DNA from: a virus
IMG/VR virus record: IMGVR_UViG_3300048999_000166
Span: 32,001-96,000 of that record
Length of the DNA stretch: 64,000 nt
Reading direction: 5' to 3' (one strand)
The position numbers and the translations under genes are program-made. Numbering within the stretch: position 1 is the stretch's first letter; the number at the start of each line of letters is the position of its first letter. The notes beneath the pieces are model-generated. The model worked only from the letters and a program-made list of their open reading frames with translations. It had not been told where the DNA came from and ran no database searches. Of the stretch, positions 62,507 through 64,000 are shown piece after piece.

Positions 62507-62884
62507 TCATCCAGCGTCGACACCGTGGTTCTCCCGTACCCGTTGGTAGATCTTGAACAGATCAGTGAGGGGCTGAGCGGTGATGTCGCCGGGCAGCGGC
62601 ACCAGGGTGGACTCGGTGAGCAGCAGTCCCTCTCGGACACTCAACATCGAAGAGGCGTACGACAACAGCTCCGACAGTCCGGGGTCGAGATCGTAGGCGT
62701 CCACCAGATCGACCAGGAGATCGGTGATACCTGAATCGAGCAGGGTCTCCACCTGGGAGCGCAACTGGTGCATGGAGTGAACGTCCAGTCGTCCGGAGAC
62801 CTGAATATTCGCCCGTCTATCGTCGATAAACACCGTTATAGCCGCCACGTCTTTCACTCTCCAATCGAGTAGGACGGCGGCCAC
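62507..62884 (-). CDS. STAS-domain (anti-anti-sigma-like) protein
   Basis: IQVSGRLDVHSMHQLRSQVETLL...LLVDL pattern of SpoIIAA/RsbV-type STAS domains. Confidence 0.55.
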   Translation of the reverse strand: MAAVLLDWRVKDVAAITVFIDDRRANIQVSGRLDVHSMHQLRSQVETLLDSGITDLLVDLVDAYDLDPGLSELLSYASSMLSVREGLLLTESTLVPLPGDITAQPLTDLFKIYQRVRENHGVDAG

Positions 62885-62944
62885 CGGTTGGCTCGCCGCC
62901 AGGGTCTAGGGCGGTTCGTCAAGGGTTCCCGGGATTTGCCCGGG

Positions 62945-63190
62945 TCAGGTCTCCGCGGTGTTGATCGGCGCCTCCCCACCGGATTGTTCCGGCGCTAGGT
63001 GCCGGATCCATAGCTCTACCGAGCAGGGAGAGGTCTTACCGCAGTCGCGGCATAGCCCATCCTTGGCGGCGCGATGCTGTTTTCGAGCCCGGGGTAAACA
63101 TTCCGGGAACAACCGGAAAAAGTGCACGATAAAATCCGGCACCCGCTCCGGGTGTGCTCGCTCCGGTTGTGTGTCCATCAGATCGGTCAC
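62945..63190 (-). CDS. Small Cys/His protein
   Basis: H...GLCRDC...PC motif. Confidence 0.4.
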   Translation of the reverse strand: MTDLMDTQPERAHPERVPDFIVHFFRLFPECLPRARKQHRAAKDGLCRDCGKTSPCSVELWIRHLAPEQSGGEAPINTAET

Positions 63191-63273
63191 AATTCACCAC
63201 GGAGCTGACAGGTATTCTGTCTCGGCATTGCTGCGTGTCACTTCCTCCAGTAAAATGTTCTCCGCTTTACTAC

Positions 63274-63750
63274 CTACCGTCCGAGGATTCCTTCGCAGGC
63301 CTCTCGGAAGAACTGTCGGATATGCCAGAGCCAGCCAGCCTTGACGCACGGAGGCCAGTATCCCCCCATCTCCAGGTTGGCCTTGCGCACGAACGCCCGC
63401 TCGTCGGTGACCAGCGCCAGGAACTGCCCGAGCATCAGATCCTCATCGGGGATCGGGCGGCGAGCCCCGTTGGGCCACTGATCGGGCGCCGCGCAGAGCG
63501 ACCCGCGAGTTCGTCCGGCGCTGTTGAGCCACGCGACGTTGAAGATGTGTCCTCGGGAGATCCGGTAACGAGTCCCCCGCGAGCCGGTCAGCTCGAAGTA
63601 CCCGAGCCGCGCATAGTCCTCGCGCTGCGCGTCGTCGAGCATCCGCATCAGCAGGGCGAGCGCGTTGCCCTGCGGGGTGCCGGGGTAGGCGTGCATCCAC
63701 CATCGGCGGTGTTCGTCGCGCACATACTCGTCGAGGGAGAAGCTCACCAC
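63274..63750 (-). CDS. Hypothetical protein, paralog of the 39643-40434 C-terminus
   Basis: GYFELTGSRGTRYRISRG...LCAAP...DLMLGQFLALVTDE. Confidence 0.65.
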   Translation of the reverse strand: MVSFSLDEYVRDEHRRWWMHAYPGTPQGNALALLMRMLDDAQREDYARLGYFELTGSRGTRYRISRGHIFNVAWLNSAGRTRGSLCAAPDQWPNGARRPIPDEDLMLGQFLALVTDERAFVRKANLEMGGYWPPCVKAGWLWHIRQFFREACEGILGR

Positions 63751-64000
63751 GGCCCCCCGATGCGGCCGATCCGGTTGAACTGGTAATACCGGCCACCGGG
63801 ATACGGGATGCCCGCGTAGTTGTCAGGTCGGCGCACCATGGTCGCCACCAGCTCCTTGCACACCGCGCAGTCGCACGGGGCGACATCGGTCAGCCGCCCC
63901 TCCGCGGCCATGCGACGAGCGTAGGCGGCGTGCTTGGGGTGGTGCGTCGGGTAGTTGCCCGAGAACAGGTTCGCACTATCGAGGAAGGAGTCCTCGTCGG

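Noticed and set aside
1-64000. Integrase, terminase, portal or DNA polymerase
   Set aside because: No diagnostic motifs were recognised in any ORF; these genes presumably lie outside the window, so lifestyle and genome ends cannot be called.

Overview
The window is 64 kb of a GC-rich tailed phage (or prophage) genome, siphovirus-like, with an actinobacterial host inferred from WhiB, a class F sortase, and actinophage-type capsid and tail genes. 1-28888 (+) is the virion module: scaffold/protease C-terminus, major capsid, neck, major tail, a tail chaperone with a G-GGA-AAC -1 frameshift, a 1415-aa tape measure, many minor tail genes, a repeat-rich fibre and a PL7 lyase-bearing tail protein. 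28885-42148 and 48368-64000 (-) are accessory arms, separated by a + strand island (42257-48400) carrying a secreted protein, a sortase, and an endolysin/holin cassette. No terminase, portal, integrase or DNA polymerase was recognised in the window. The most striking feature is a Ro60/TROVE gene (30532-32196, -) directly preceded by a 1.34-kb tandem array of ten Y-RNA-like ncRNAs (32219-33555). All ten share a Ro-binding-type terminal stem and a (G/A)UCGG-UUAHC...CCGG inner scaffold, but their payloads differ: circularly permuted tRNA mimics, a normal-order tRNA body with a capped anticodon arm, or almost nothing. The array sits between a radical SAM-CYTH pair and two tRNAs. Other notable items are a tail gene apparently split by a 2.9-kb six-gene insertion, a GT2-GH26-deacetylase polysaccharide cassette, a sortase with a candidate substrate, a TerD-vWA-TerC cluster, a SPOUT RNA methyltransferase, and a recurring ACTCAWT leader/linker motif. 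All family assignments come from motif recognition by eye; no database searches were run.
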